Positions 48,231 to 57,270 of a stretch of 64,000 nucleotides of DNA are shown here, one piece after another. Origin of the DNA: a virus. The DNA is taken from IMG/VR virus record IMGVR_UViG_2509601035_000003, one strand, 5' to 3'. Under the pieces are notes generated by a model that saw only the letters and a list, made by a program, of their open reading frames with translations, was not told the origin of the DNA and made no database searches. Made by a program: the position numbers and the translations under genes. The first letter of the stretch is position 1, and every line of letters starts with the position of its first letter.

Positions 48231-48641
48231 TTATTTCGCTTCCAAAATTGGAAGGTTCGCCTCCGTGGGAATGTATATAACCTTGCTGGGGACGTTGTTC
48301 TGCTGGCGTACCCACAGGTATTGAATGTAGGTCGGTGTAATTGACCCGTTCTCGATGCGGATAGCCTCGGCAGCACCTTTCGCCCGCTCGATTTCCGCCT
48401 GCGCGTTGAGTTTCTCGGCTTCCAGATTGGCTTTCGCTTCTTCAATCCGGATGCGGCGATTTTGCTCCGCCTTGGCAAACTCGGCTTTTCCGGCCATTTC
48501 CTGCTGCCAAACATTGTAGGAGGGACAGCCGACCAAAAGAGCTGCAACCAAACAACAGATGACCAATACAATGGCAATCCACCCGGTTGCGTAATATGTC
48601 GTTTTACCGTCGTAGCCGTTCGATGATGCAAATAATTTCAT
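48231..48641 (-). CDS. Membrane-anchored SPFH-like coiled-coil protein
   Basis: TM helix; AEIERAKGAAEA; YIPTEANLPILEA. Confidence 0.7.
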   Translation of the reverse strand: MKLFASSNGYDGKTTYYATGWIAIVLVICCLVAALLVGCPSYNVWQQEMAGKAEFAKAEQNRRIRIEEAKANLEAEKLNAQAEIERAKGAAEAIRIENGSITPTYIQYLWVRQQNNVPSKVIYIPTEANLPILEAK

Positions 48642-48813
48642 AATGTTTCCTTTTTTGTGGATTAATTTTTCAGTTGTTTGCTATGTCATACTATGGCCAG
48701 AATCAATGCTTCTGTGCATATTATCTGCCCCCCGCAAATCGTTTGCTAATTGCTTATCGCTTACAAGAGGCAGCAGGGCCTTCATAATCATCAACTGATT
48801 TTTCAAGATAGCG

Positions 48814-49491
48814 CTATCCATAAAGTTCATTGATTAAATTCCGGCTTACCCTTTGGTAAAGGGCCTTCCGCCGCGCTTTGTCGAGAACGTTAATGACCTT
48901 GTCGTTCCGACCTTTCATACCTGCGGCGACAAGACTATCCACGACGTTTTTTTCAGCGCCGCAGATGAACGATACTCCGGTGTGTGCTTTCCCATCGGTG
49001 GCTTTGCGCATTGCGAAAATGCCGAGGCCACAATCCTTTTCGAAGTCCGGGTCTGCATCGATCATCGCTTCCAATTCATTGATGATCTCCTTCATCCGCT
49101 GGATGAAGTCCGTTGATTTGCCGGGTTTCTTTTCCTTGGCAATGTCAATCGTCGCCACCGGAAGGGGGCGATTCCCGACGAGGATTTCAATGTCGCCCCA
49201 TTTGTACTCCTTGGGCGGACGGATAAGGTTTGCGGGTGCATACTCAACCGCATAGGTCAGCCCTGTAACCGAGTCGAGGACGTTTACGGCCATCTCCGTA
49301 TGCAGAACTTTCTTTTTTTCGCCGAATAGCGACAGCGGCACAGGTTCAAGTTCTACAAATTCCCGTTCGTAGGGGTCGGCGATGATTTTGTACTCCACGT
49401 CGCCGAGACGGGTTGTGCTGTTCGTTTTAAGGCACACGGCCTTTGCGAAGTTCGGCTTGTAGCCGAAACCGATGATTGATTTGTCGTTCAT
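48814..49491 (-). CDS. Hypothetical early protein
   Basis: 225 aa; in the operon. Confidence 0.7.
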   Translation of the reverse strand: MNDKSIIGFGYKPNFAKAVCLKTNSTTRLGDVEYKIIADPYEREFVELEPVPLSLFGEKKKVLHTEMAVNVLDSVTGLTYAVEYAPANLIRPPKEYKWGDIEILVGNRPLPVATIDIAKEKKPGKSTDFIQRMKEIINELEAMIDADPDFEKDCGLGIFAMRKATDGKAHTGVSFICGAEKNVVDSLVAAGMKGRNDKVINVLDKARRKALYQRVSRNLINELYG

Positions 49492-49504
49492 AGTGGTATG
49501 AAAT

Positions 49505-49705
49505 TTAATTTACAGTGGGTTTTTCGTCTTTCAGTCGTATTTCACAGCGGCATAATTTCACTTCACGTCCGCTTTTCAGCATATCTGACCGTATTTTCGT
49601 GGTTAAAAAATCTGCCATTATCTTGCGCAATTCTTCTGTTGCAATAAGTTCATCGTCAAAGTCATCTTCAACAATCAATGATTGGGTTATTATCACTCTT
49701 GCCAT
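49505..49705 (-). CDS. Hypothetical early protein
   Basis: 66 aa; in the operon. Confidence 0.55.
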   Translation of the reverse strand: MARVIITQSLIVEDDFDDELIATEELRKIMADFLTTKIRSDMLKSGREVKLCRCEIRLKDEKPTVN

Positions 49706-49716
49706 AGTTCTGCGGA

Positions 49717-50070
49717 TTATAGTTGTTTGATGATGATGTCGGCAAAACCTTCCGTTGTATTTCTGACGAGTTGAGCGAGAATTTCATCCGGGCCTCCTTT
49801 GTAGTCCATCAGCAACCCGACGGTCACATCATACGGAAGCAAAATAGAGCCGATACGGATTTGAACCTTGACAACTGGCCATGACTTGGGAAGCCACGAT
49901 ACATGCACGTTGCAGTCCATGCCCTCGGATATGGTTATGCGCTTTTCCAGTACAACGGCGCGGCGGAAGTTTACACGTATAAACCCCTTATCGACGAGCC
50001 GCAGGGCGAATTGTTCGAGAAATCGTTCTTGTGTGATTGTCATGTCAGTTAGGTATTTGTCGTTGTTCAC
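49717..50070 (-). CDS. Hypothetical early protein
   Basis: In the operon; start uncertain. Confidence 0.55.
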   Translation of the reverse strand: MNNDKYLTDMTITQERFLEQFALRLVDKGFIRVNFRRAVVLEKRITISEGMDCNVHVSWLPKSWPVVKVQIRIGSILLPYDVTVGLLMDYKGGPDEILAQLVRNTTEGFADIIIKQL

Positions 50071-50506
50071 TCTGCGAGTAGATCGCCATGCTTACCAGCT
50101 CGTCGATCATGCGGGAATCTTTCTGCTTATTGAGAAAGGCGTTGTAGACATTGCGCAGCCGTTCGGGAGGAATGCGGTTGAAGTTGTCGGACTTCGTGGC
50201 CCGACACGCAATCGCTTTGATGTCGGCGATGTTCTCCGGCTTGCCCTGCATCCGCAGCCAGCCGCCGATGGCCGCGATCACCTGCTTACGCAGGCGGTCG
50301 AGTTTCACAGCGTTGCTGTCAAGCCGCTTTTCGAGTGCGCGGCAGATGTTCATCAGATCGTCGTTGTTGATGTCCGCAGAACTCTCGACGCCGTAGCCTT
50401 CGATGATCGCGGCCTTCTCCTCGGCAGACAGGCGCAGCCTGCTGCAAAGGGTGTGAAACTGCCGAAGCAGCCACTTCTGTTGTTTTTCCATTACACTTGT
50501 TGCCAT
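50045..50506 (-). CDS. GemA-like protein
   Basis: FHTLCSRL...YGVESSADI pattern. Confidence 0.55.
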   Translation of the reverse strand: MATSVMEKQQKWLLRQFHTLCSRLRLSAEEKAAIIEGYGVESSADINNDDLMNICRALEKRLDSNAVKLDRLRKQVIAAIGGWLRMQGKPENIADIKAIACRATKSDNFNRIPPERLRNVYNAFLNKQKDSRMIDELVSMAIYSQSEQRQIPN

Positions 50507-50515
50507 ATTATTCAG

Positions 50516-51160
50516 TTATTCAATGTTTGCCAAATATTCCGCTGCGCCTTCCTCCCATATCACGAAGTCCTCGCCGCCTTCGCCCTTTTCCCGGTCCTCG
50601 AACCGCGTCGTCGTGAAAACCTTGTACCCCTCGACGTGCATCTTGATGTCGGACAACTTGCGGATTTTCTCGGCGATGGCGGGCGACGGTTTGCCCTTGT
50701 CGTCCTCGTGCGCGAGGAACACGAACAGCTTGTTCGGGAAATCGTTCACCAGCTTTTGATAATCCGACATCCGAAGCCCGATCAGACACATCACCGAGTC
50801 GATGATTACCACGTTCGGGCTCTTGCGCTTCGCCAGCCGCGCCCGCAGTTCCGGGATGCCTTCCTTGTCGAGCAGGATCACCTTCGCCCCGACGGCTTCC
50901 ATGCCGACCCGGTTCCATGCCTTTTGCAGCGAGAGCGACAACCCCTGTTCGAGGGAGTCGAAGGCCACCTTATCGACGAAGTTCGTGAGGTACTTGGCGA
51001 GTTGCAGGGCAAACGTCGTTTTACCTACACCGGAATTGCCGAAAATCAACCACGACCCCTTTAATTCGGGACGGCCGAGGGCCGCCTTGAACGCGCCCTC
51101 GAACGGGGCCGGGTTGAATTTCGCATCCGCGACGTTCTTGTTGCTGATCGCCTTTGCCAT
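50516..51160 (-). CDS. P-loop ATPase (RecA/KaiC-like)
   Basis: GNSGVGKTT, SLEQG and VIIDS. Confidence 0.8.
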   Translation of the reverse strand: MAKAISNKNVADAKFNPAPFEGAFKAALGRPELKGSWLIFGNSGVGKTTFALQLAKYLTNFVDKVAFDSLEQGLSLSLQKAWNRVGMEAVGAKVILLDKEGIPELRARLAKRKSPNVVIIDSVMCLIGLRMSDYQKLVNDFPNKLFVFLAHEDDKGKPSPAIAEKIRKLSDIKMHVEGYKVFTTTRFEDREKGEGGEDFVIWEEGAAEYLANIE

Positions 51161-51171
51161 TTAAAGAGCGT

Positions 51172-52029
51172 TTAATTGCCGTTTAAAGCCTCTTTTTTCG
51201 CTGCGTGAACACGCCGTTTCACGCGCCGCAGATCGCACTCACAGTCGTCGATGATCTCCTCGATGGTCGCCCGGTCCGTGACGCCGTTGGCAATGCACAC
51301 AGCGGCGACATCTTCGTTGTTCACGACGGGCATCGGGATAAACTTTCGCCCCACACGCGAGTAGATTTCCTTGTAGCCTTTTCGGTTTGCCTTCACGCCG
51401 CGCGTGATGCGCTTCTTGAGGTAGTCGGTCGCGCAAATGACGATGCCGCACTGATCTTCGAGTTTGTTGTACAGGCTGATGAAAAAGTACAGAACTTGAT
51501 CGCTCAACTTGTCGGCCTCGTCCATGACGATAATCGGCGTAGCCTTGCGTTTGAGGTTGTAGACGGCCTCGGAAACCATTTCGGCAACCGTGCTGCCCGT
51601 AGCCTCGACGCCCATCACCTGCAACAACTCGGCGAAGAACTGTTTGCGGTTCCAATACTCTGAGCAAGACAGCACGAACACGTCGCGGTGCTGGCGGGCG
51701 TATGTCTGTATCGCCTGCGACTTGCCGCACCCGGCATCACCCGTCACGGCCAGCACCAGCGCGTTCTCTTGCGCATCTTGGAGCAGGTCATACATGCGGG
51801 TATAACCTTGAGTCTGTATAACTACCCATTTGCGCGGGTCGTAACCGATCTGCGCCGCGATATTACGCCACATCTCCTCGGTGATTAACTCCCAGTTCCC
51901 GTTGAAGATTTGCGAGATTGTAGCGGCGCTTACGGCGTTGAGCGATGCGGCGGCCTTGTTTTGGCTGCCCTTCAAATCGCAGTACGCTTTCAGCAGGTCC
52001 GCGATGGCTTGTTTTTCGGTGTCTTTCAT
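51172..52029 (-). CDS. MuB-like transposition AAA+ ATPase
   Basis: N-terminal HTH; GDAGCGKS, MDEADKL and IYSRVG. Confidence 0.9.
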   Translation of the reverse strand: MKDTEKQAIADLLKAYCDLKGSQNKAAASLNAVSAATISQIFNGNWELITEEMWRNIAAQIGYDPRKWVVIQTQGYTRMYDLLQDAQENALVLAVTGDAGCGKSQAIQTYARQHRDVFVLSCSEYWNRKQFFAELLQVMGVEATGSTVAEMVSEAVYNLKRKATPIIVMDEADKLSDQVLYFFISLYNKLEDQCGIVICATDYLKKRITRGVKANRKGYKEIYSRVGRKFIPMPVVNNEDVAAVCIANGVTDRATIEEIIDDCECDLRRVKRRVHAAKKEALNGN

Positions 52030-52030
52030 A

Positions 52031-54043
52031 TCAGTAGAGATTAAATATTGATTCTTTCTTTATGGGTTTCGGGGCGATCTCCTCGACGGTCTTAACCTCG
52101 ATCTCCTTCACATTCACGGCCGCGAGCCGCCGGGCGTTGCGCTGGTCCTTGTGCTGGCCTCGTGAGTCGCAGAGTACCGCACGGGCAAGGGGGTTGTCGA
52201 GTTGCGGGTTGTGGGCGAACAGTTGCTCGACTCGTTTGTCCGCTGTGGCAATGAACCCTTTGGCGTAGTCCTCTAAATGCGTATTGTATTGCTTCACCCG
52301 CGCGAGCTCCGCGGCGTCGCCCTCGGTCCGCTCCACCAGCGCCATCGGCTGCACGTATTTGCTTTCGAGCATGAACCGCAGCGCACCGTCGTCGCTCACG
52401 GCCAGCACTTGGTCGAGATTGTCCGGGTCGTACTTCACGTTCCAGCGAATGTGTGCGTACTGCCGGAAACGCAGGTCGAAGCAGTCGTAAGACCTGCGGG
52501 CGCCGAGCAGTTTCACATTCAGTCCCGAACCTTCGAGGGCGTTCTTGTAGCCCGTTTCCGCGCCGAAGTTGAGCAGGTATTGCTCCGTCGATAGCGGCAG
52601 ACGGCGGTTTTCGGGAACCTCGGCCCACAGTTTCAGATAGTCGGCACGCTTAGCGGCGCGTTCCGCCTCGATGATATTTTCGATCTGCATCCGGCAGCCC
52701 GCCTCGTCGGGGAACTCCTTGCGGTAGGCGTTCAGCGCATCGGCGTTCGGCTGTTTTTTCTTGTCCGAGGTGATACCGAAGCCCGACCAGTTGCGGCACA
52801 GTTGGCAGTAGCCCTCGTTTAACGAACGGAAGTAACGCTCGACGGGTTTCGACTTGGCGTTCTTCACGCGGGCGGGCGTCACCTTGTCGCCAGCGACCGC
52901 ATAGATCGGGAACATGGCCTTCATTGCGTAGTGGTCGCTCTGTATTTGGTTGGCCCGGTAGCGCTGGCCGAACAGCTCGGCTGTATGGTTCACGGCGTTG
53001 CGAACAGCCTCTTTTATCAGCGCCGAGTTCTCCTGCTCGCCGATGGCGTAGCCTATCGGGTAGTTCGTACAAGGGTCGAGGACCACAACCACGGTGAGAC
53101 GGTTCGAGTAGGTCGTGACGGTATAGCCGTTCTTGTCGGTGGCCGTCCGCTGGAAATACAACTCCACATCCCAGCCGTCGAGGCTCCACATGTAGAGCGG
53201 CAACGCCGGGCGGCGGCGTTTCACCTGCATCGAGCGGTTATTGTAGAACTCCGAAGCGCCCAAGCGTCCGGCAGCCGTTTCCAGCCCGTATTTTTTGCGC
53301 ATTTCCTGCACGGGGCGTTCCGTGATCGTCTTCCATCCAAGTTGTTCGGCAACGGCATTGTAGATCATCACGACCTGCTTGTCGTTCAGGTTGCGGGGGT
53401 CGGAAATCAATTTGAGTATCGTGGCCTTCTGATCGTCGCTCTCGACTTTCGCGGCGTTCGCATTTTGGAACTTGCCGGAGATCAGCACCTCATAGTTCGC
53501 TTTACCGCCCCGGAAGAACTCGTTAAATTTCTCCTGCAAACGGCGCGGATTTTCGGGCAGCGAGTGCGGGAATCGGTCGGCGATACGGGGCAGCGCCTTT
53601 GCCGCCTTCGCCCAAAATTCGGACTTCTTGACGCGCGGTTTGCTGACGCGCATGCGCTGCGAGTTGGCCCGGTCGAGCCGTGAGTGGAACGCTTCGAGTA
53701 TCGCGGCGTTATAGGCGTATTCCTGCTGCTTGGTGAAGTCCAAGCCGCGGGTGCCGTCGATTTTATACTCCGCGTAGAAGTTCATCGCAACACCATCCGG
53801 AACGATCTCGTCGATAAACTCCTTGCTCGCGGCCTGCGCTTGCAGATCGGGGTAGCGGCGGTAAACCTCGTTTTTGTATTTCACAGGCAGGCTATCCACG
53901 GCGAACAGAGCCTCCGTCCCATTGCAGGCACGGCGGACTTGCTCGATTCTACCACGCTGTACCGACTTTTGTATCGCATCATAACTGATGATTCCGGCAA
54001 AGTCGTCATACGTTGCGCATAGCCTATTGTTGTAAACTTCCAT
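52031..54043 (-). CDS. MuA-like DDE transposase
   Basis: WSLDGWDVEL, QSDHY and KSKPVERYF. Confidence 0.9.
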   Translation of the reverse strand: MEVYNNRLCATYDDFAGIISYDAIQKSVQRGRIEQVRRACNGTEALFAVDSLPVKYKNEVYRRYPDLQAQAASKEFIDEIVPDGVAMNFYAEYKIDGTRGLDFTKQQEYAYNAAILEAFHSRLDRANSQRMRVSKPRVKKSEFWAKAAKALPRIADRFPHSLPENPRRLQEKFNEFFRGGKANYEVLISGKFQNANAAKVESDDQKATILKLISDPRNLNDKQVVMIYNAVAEQLGWKTITERPVQEMRKKYGLETAAGRLGASEFYNNRSMQVKRRRPALPLYMWSLDGWDVELYFQRTATDKNGYTVTTYSNRLTVVVVLDPCTNYPIGYAIGEQENSALIKEAVRNAVNHTAELFGQRYRANQIQSDHYAMKAMFPIYAVAGDKVTPARVKNAKSKPVERYFRSLNEGYCQLCRNWSGFGITSDKKKQPNADALNAYRKEFPDEAGCRMQIENIIEAERAAKRADYLKLWAEVPENRRLPLSTEQYLLNFGAETGYKNALEGSGLNVKLLGARRSYDCFDLRFRQYAHIRWNVKYDPDNLDQVLAVSDDGALRFMLESKYVQPMALVERTEGDAAELARVKQYNTHLEDYAKGFIATADKRVEQLFAHNPQLDNPLARAVLCDSRGQHKDQRNARRLAAVNVKEIEVKTVEEIAPKPIKKESIFNLY

Positions 54044-54063
54044 TGTTTAACCTTTTGTTGTTG

Positions 54064-54137
54064 CTCCCGTGACCGGATTCGAACCGGCAACCGTCATCGC
54101 CTTGTAATGTGCCGCTCCACCATTGAGCTACACGGGA
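54064..54137 (-). tRNA. tRNA-like element with a degenerate anticodon arm
   Basis: Acceptor TCCCGTG/CACGGGA, D-stem GCTC/GAGC and T-arm GCCGG-TTCGAAT-CCGGT are intact; the anticodon stem does not pair. Confidence 0.6.
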
Positions 54138-54195
54138 GTCGCGGTTTCCCGCTGAAATCGCTATATTTGTGCGTTCAACTACAAACTTTGCGATT

Positions 54196-54630
54196 ATGGA
54201 TAAGAAGATTGCGCCGTGGCGACTAAATTATGTCATAAACTACAATGATATAGGCGCTCTACACGCTTATCGAGAGACAATCCTTGCAATTCTAAAAAAC
54301 GTCGCACGCCTTCGAGGAATCGAGTGCGCGATACAATCGCCAGCGACATCGCACGATGACGTTTGTTTACCGAATTCTCAATTTCAAGAAGATAGTCTAT
54401 TTGACCTTGTATATTTCCGGCACGGACAGCCGACAACAATTTCTCGTAGTGAGTTCCGGAAAATGCTTGATCACATATTTGAGCCCTATAAATGCAAGTG
54501 TTTTGATCGCGTCGAGGTTTGTGCGCAACTTTTGAGCGCTTTGCCGAAATTCCCTTTCCCGGAACATATACCGGAGCCGCCTTCTGCGCTATCTCGATTT
54601 GTTGTGAAAACTTCGAAACTGCCGAGTTAG
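54196..54630 (+). CDS. Antisense-oriented moron, hypothetical protein
   Basis: Own TATATTTG at 54162-54169; lower GC than its neighbours. Confidence 0.55.
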   Translation: MDKKIAPWRLNYVINYNDIGALHAYRETILAILKNVARLRGIECAIQSPATSHDDVCLPNSQFQEDSLFDLVYFRHGQPTTISRSEFRKMLDHIFEPYKCKCFDRVEVCAQLLSALPKFPFPEHIPEPPSALSRFVVKTSKLPS

Positions 54631-54694
54631 CAGCCATTTCGATAATTCGCTCCAATTCGTCGCGGGAGATTCTGTAATACTTTTCCATAGAAGT

Positions 54695-54910
54695 TTATTT
54701 TACACATTCAATTTTCCGGAGTGCTACGCAGCTTGCAACGAAATTCCCGACGGTCAGCAGGTGCGACCACAGGGGGTTCGTGTCGGCCCAGCCGCATACA
54801 AGCACCAGCGCCAGACACCACCACAGCCCGACCAGCTTGCACGTTTTAGGCAGTGCGACAAACTCACGGCCCAGCAGCCGGATAGTCCAATATTTCAGAA
54901 AGCGTTTCAT
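54695..54910 (-). CDS. Small membrane protein
   Basis: 71 aa; two hydrophobic segments. Confidence 0.6.
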   Translation of the reverse strand: MKRFLKYWTIRLLGREFVALPKTCKLVGLWWCLALVLVCGWADTNPLWSHLLTVGNFVASCVALRKIECVK

Positions 54911-54920
54911 AAGGGTTCGG

Positions 54921-55157
54921 TTATTCTGTTGCCGAGGTTAGGTTCTCGATGACATCACCCGCGGCCGTCATCGCTTCGTCGAGGTACTCAATCACCGTCT
55001 GGGCGCGGTCGCCTTTATCGCCGTCTTGGAAGGCTTCGGGCATGTTGTTGTAATACTCCTCCTCTTCGGTTCTGATCTCTTCGATCTCCGACTTGATACC
55101 CTCCGTCTTCTCGATAAGGTCCCGGAGGTGTTTTCTGCGTGTGTTGTTCATAATCAA
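54921..55157 (-). CDS. Small acidic coiled-coil protein
   Basis: MNNTRRK...EEEEYYNNMPEAFQ. Confidence 0.75.
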   Translation of the reverse strand: MIMNNTRRKHLRDLIEKTEGIKSEIEEIRTEEEEYYNNMPEAFQDGDKGDRAQTVIEYLDEAMTAAGDVIENLTSATE

Positions 55158-55693
55158 AATAAGGCTAATTGAGTGAATGTAAGTTCGCGCCGCTTATCAT
55201 CTATCTGCTTAATCATATTGCGGATGTACGGTGCAATCGCGCTCGGTTTGACAACATCGGAATTGTCGCCGGAATCATAATCACGCTCTTTGATACAGTA
55301 TGGTAATTCTTGTTCAAAATGGCGGCGGGCTTCTTCCAATGCAGCTAATATTGCCTCGTTCTCCGTCGCATAGCCACCATTTGGCATGTCTATGAAACCT
55401 GCTGCACAATGGCTGCCCGATTTACTTGTCGAATAGTCTTTGCCGTAATCCCAGCGTCCATTGGGAGATTGAGCAGTACGGATTTTGACATAGCAATAGC
55501 GGTTTGATAAGTACACGGGAGTGTTCGGTGTGACACACACATCAGTGACATTGAAGTTGAAGCCGTGATATTGCAGCACAGATTCTTTTCCGGTATCAAT
55601 TCCGGCGACCCGCTTTGCGTCCAGATATGAGCACCACTCCTCAAAAGTGAACTGCTGTCCGGTACATCGGCAGATGTGATGGATTTTTTTCAT
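55154..55693 (-). CDS. Hypothetical early protein
   Basis: 179 aa; ends QLALF. Confidence 0.7.
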   Translation of the reverse strand: MKKIHHICRCTGQQFTFEEWCSYLDAKRVAGIDTGKESVLQYHGFNFNVTDVCVTPNTPVYLSNRYCYVKIRTAQSPNGRWDYGKDYSTSKSGSHCAAGFIDMPNGGYATENEAILAALEEARRHFEQELPYCIKERDYDSGDNSDVVKPSAIAPYIRNMIKQIDDKRRELTFTQLALF

Positions 55694-55694
55694 A

Positions 55695-55865
55695 TCATTT
55701 ATTATTCTTTACTACTCCGCCGCGGTCGATTGCCACTTTGCGGATTTTCTTTGCGAGGTCGGTATTGGTCTGACCACTCAATGCCTCGCTGACGGTTTTT
55801 CGGGCTATACCGAACAGCCGCGCCAGTTTTGCGACCTCGCCATGCTCCACGAGTACTTTTGCCAT
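55695..55865 (-). CDS. Ner/Cro-like HTH protein
   Basis: AKLARLFGIARKTVSEALSG; divergent from the repressor. Confidence 0.75.
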   Translation of the reverse strand: MAKVLVEHGEVAKLARLFGIARKTVSEALSGQTNTDLAKKIRKVAIDRGGVVKNNK

Positions 55866-55882
55866 AGATTCAATTATTTTCG

Positions 55883-55960
55883 TATATTTGTCGCCAAGGT
55901 TACATTTGAAACCTCGATGCAAATATAGATAATTATCTTTACTTGGCAAGATAAAAATCA
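55883..55960. promoter_or_regulatory. Lysis/lysogeny switch with face-to-face promoters
   Basis: TATATTTG on + (55883-55890) and on - (55920-55927); palindrome GATAATTATC (55928-55937). Confidence 0.65.
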
Positions 55961-55969
55961 TCATTTTTT

Positions 55970-56662
55970 ATGAATGAAAAGGACAAAATAAAACAATACC
56001 TTGAATATAAGGGAATTAGCAAAAATAGATTTTACAACCAAACAGGGCTGTCGGTAGGCTTTTTGGATAGTGGGAAATCGCTGGGAGTAGACAAGGCAAA
56101 GATAATTATCAACAAATTCCCTGATTTAAGCCTTGAATGGCTGGTTATGGATAAAGGCAATATGCTCAATACTGAGGATACACAATTATCTGGGGTGAAT
56201 ATTGCCGAGCAGTTTCCTTTACGAACGGACCGGACATTGGATTTACAGAGCGTGCCTCTTTACGAACTTGACGCTGCGGCTGGACTGGTGGCGCTCTTTG
56301 CTGATACAACACGCCCGACCCCTATCAGTCATTTGCAAATACCTAATCTGCCGCCCTGCGATGGGGCTATATATGTTCGAGGGGATTCCATGTACCCGCT
56401 TCTTAAAAGCGGCGATATTGTTCTATACAAGGAGATCAACAACACAAACGGCTGTTTGCTGTGGGGCGAAATGTATCTTTTATCTTTCACGCTTGACGGC
56501 GAAGACTACATCACTATCAAATACGTACAGAAGTCAGAGGTTGAAGGATTTGTGCGGCTGGTAAGCCACAATCCCCACCATGCCCCGCAAGAAATTCCGA
56601 GGGATTCAATTCGTGCGGTCGCGTTGGTAAAAGCCAGCGTCAGATTCAACACAATGGGGTGA
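55970..56662 (+). CDS. CI-like repressor (HTH + S24 peptidase)
   Basis: AAAG, VRGDSMYP, TIKY and LVSHN. Confidence 0.92.
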   Translation: MNEKDKIKQYLEYKGISKNRFYNQTGLSVGFLDSGKSLGVDKAKIIINKFPDLSLEWLVMDKGNMLNTEDTQLSGVNIAEQFPLRTDRTLDLQSVPLYELDAAAGLVALFADTTRPTPISHLQIPNLPPCDGAIYVRGDSMYPLLKSGDIVLYKEINNTNGCLLWGEMYLLSFTLDGEDYITIKYVQKSEVEGFVRLVSHNPHHAPQEIPRDSIRAVALVKASVRFNTMG

Positions 56663-56763
56663 AAAATATTTTTTTTGTGCCATTTTTACCGAAATATCGG
56701 CATAAAGAACTGAAAACAAGACTTATAAATAGCAAAAAGCACCGTGATTTACCGGTGTTTTTT

Positions 56764-56922
56764 TGGTATTATAGGGGGTCGAATCGCTGAAAAATGCCCG
56801 TTTTTTGATTGAAATATGGTATTATAGGGGGTTGAATCGGCTTAATTTGTCCATCCAACTGTCCGCCCAACTGTCCGTCCAACTCCGAAAATGCCCGTTT
56901 TTTCGACAAAACGAAATGTACA
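56764..56922 (+). repeat. Direct-repeat cluster near the right phage end
   Basis: 23-bp TGGTATTATAGGGGGTYGAATCG x2; 12-bp TGTCCRYCCAAC x3; GAAAATGCCCGTTTTTT x2. Confidence 0.8.
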
Positions 56923-57241
56923 ATTTTCGGGGAAAGGTCGAAATATGGCCCGGTTTTCAAAGGCTGTTTAAGGAGCGATTAAACACCGGGCTGCTTTGCC
57001 CTTTTTTCGCCGATTTCGCGCCGTCAGGTGGTTCTCGTTAGGAAACGGGCACAAAAAAAGCGTGCAATCCCAATACACGCCTGTAAAATCGAATCTAAAT
57101 CCAAGTACCGGAGCCGTCCGAGGCCGTCAAATCACGGTATAATCCCAATAAATCACATTTCGTTTTTCGAGCCAAAATTTGACGCTCTGCTGTAAGTTAT
57201 TGGTTTTCTGTATGCTGTACTGCTTTTCCTGCTATCCTCTT

Positions 57242-57266
57242 TGTACTTTTCGTTTGTCTGCCCATA
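57242..57266 (-). repeat. Right phage end
   Basis: Reverse complement TATGGGCAGA-CAAACGAAAAGTACA mirrors the left end. Confidence 0.8.
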
Positions 57267-57270
57267 AGAC

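Larger units (their letters stand above)
22450..57266. mobile_element. Mu-like transposable prophage (contractile tail), apparently complete
   Basis: DDE transposase, MuB, Gam, repressor, head/tail/lysis genes and mom; inverted end motifs CAAACGAAnnGTACA; AGAC duplication at 22446-22449 and 57267-57270. Confidence 0.93.

Noticed and set aside
48680..48821. Small early ORF with a G6 run as another switch
   Set aside because: The tract is short and there is no homology evidence for the alternative frame.
56764..56922. CRISPR mini-array
   Set aside because: Only two 23-bp copies, interleaved with other repeats; no cas genes.
57197..57266. C-terminal tail of the 157-aa ORF, and the start of the 21788-22462 ORF
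   Set aside because: Both are read-through into phage end sequence created by the insertion.
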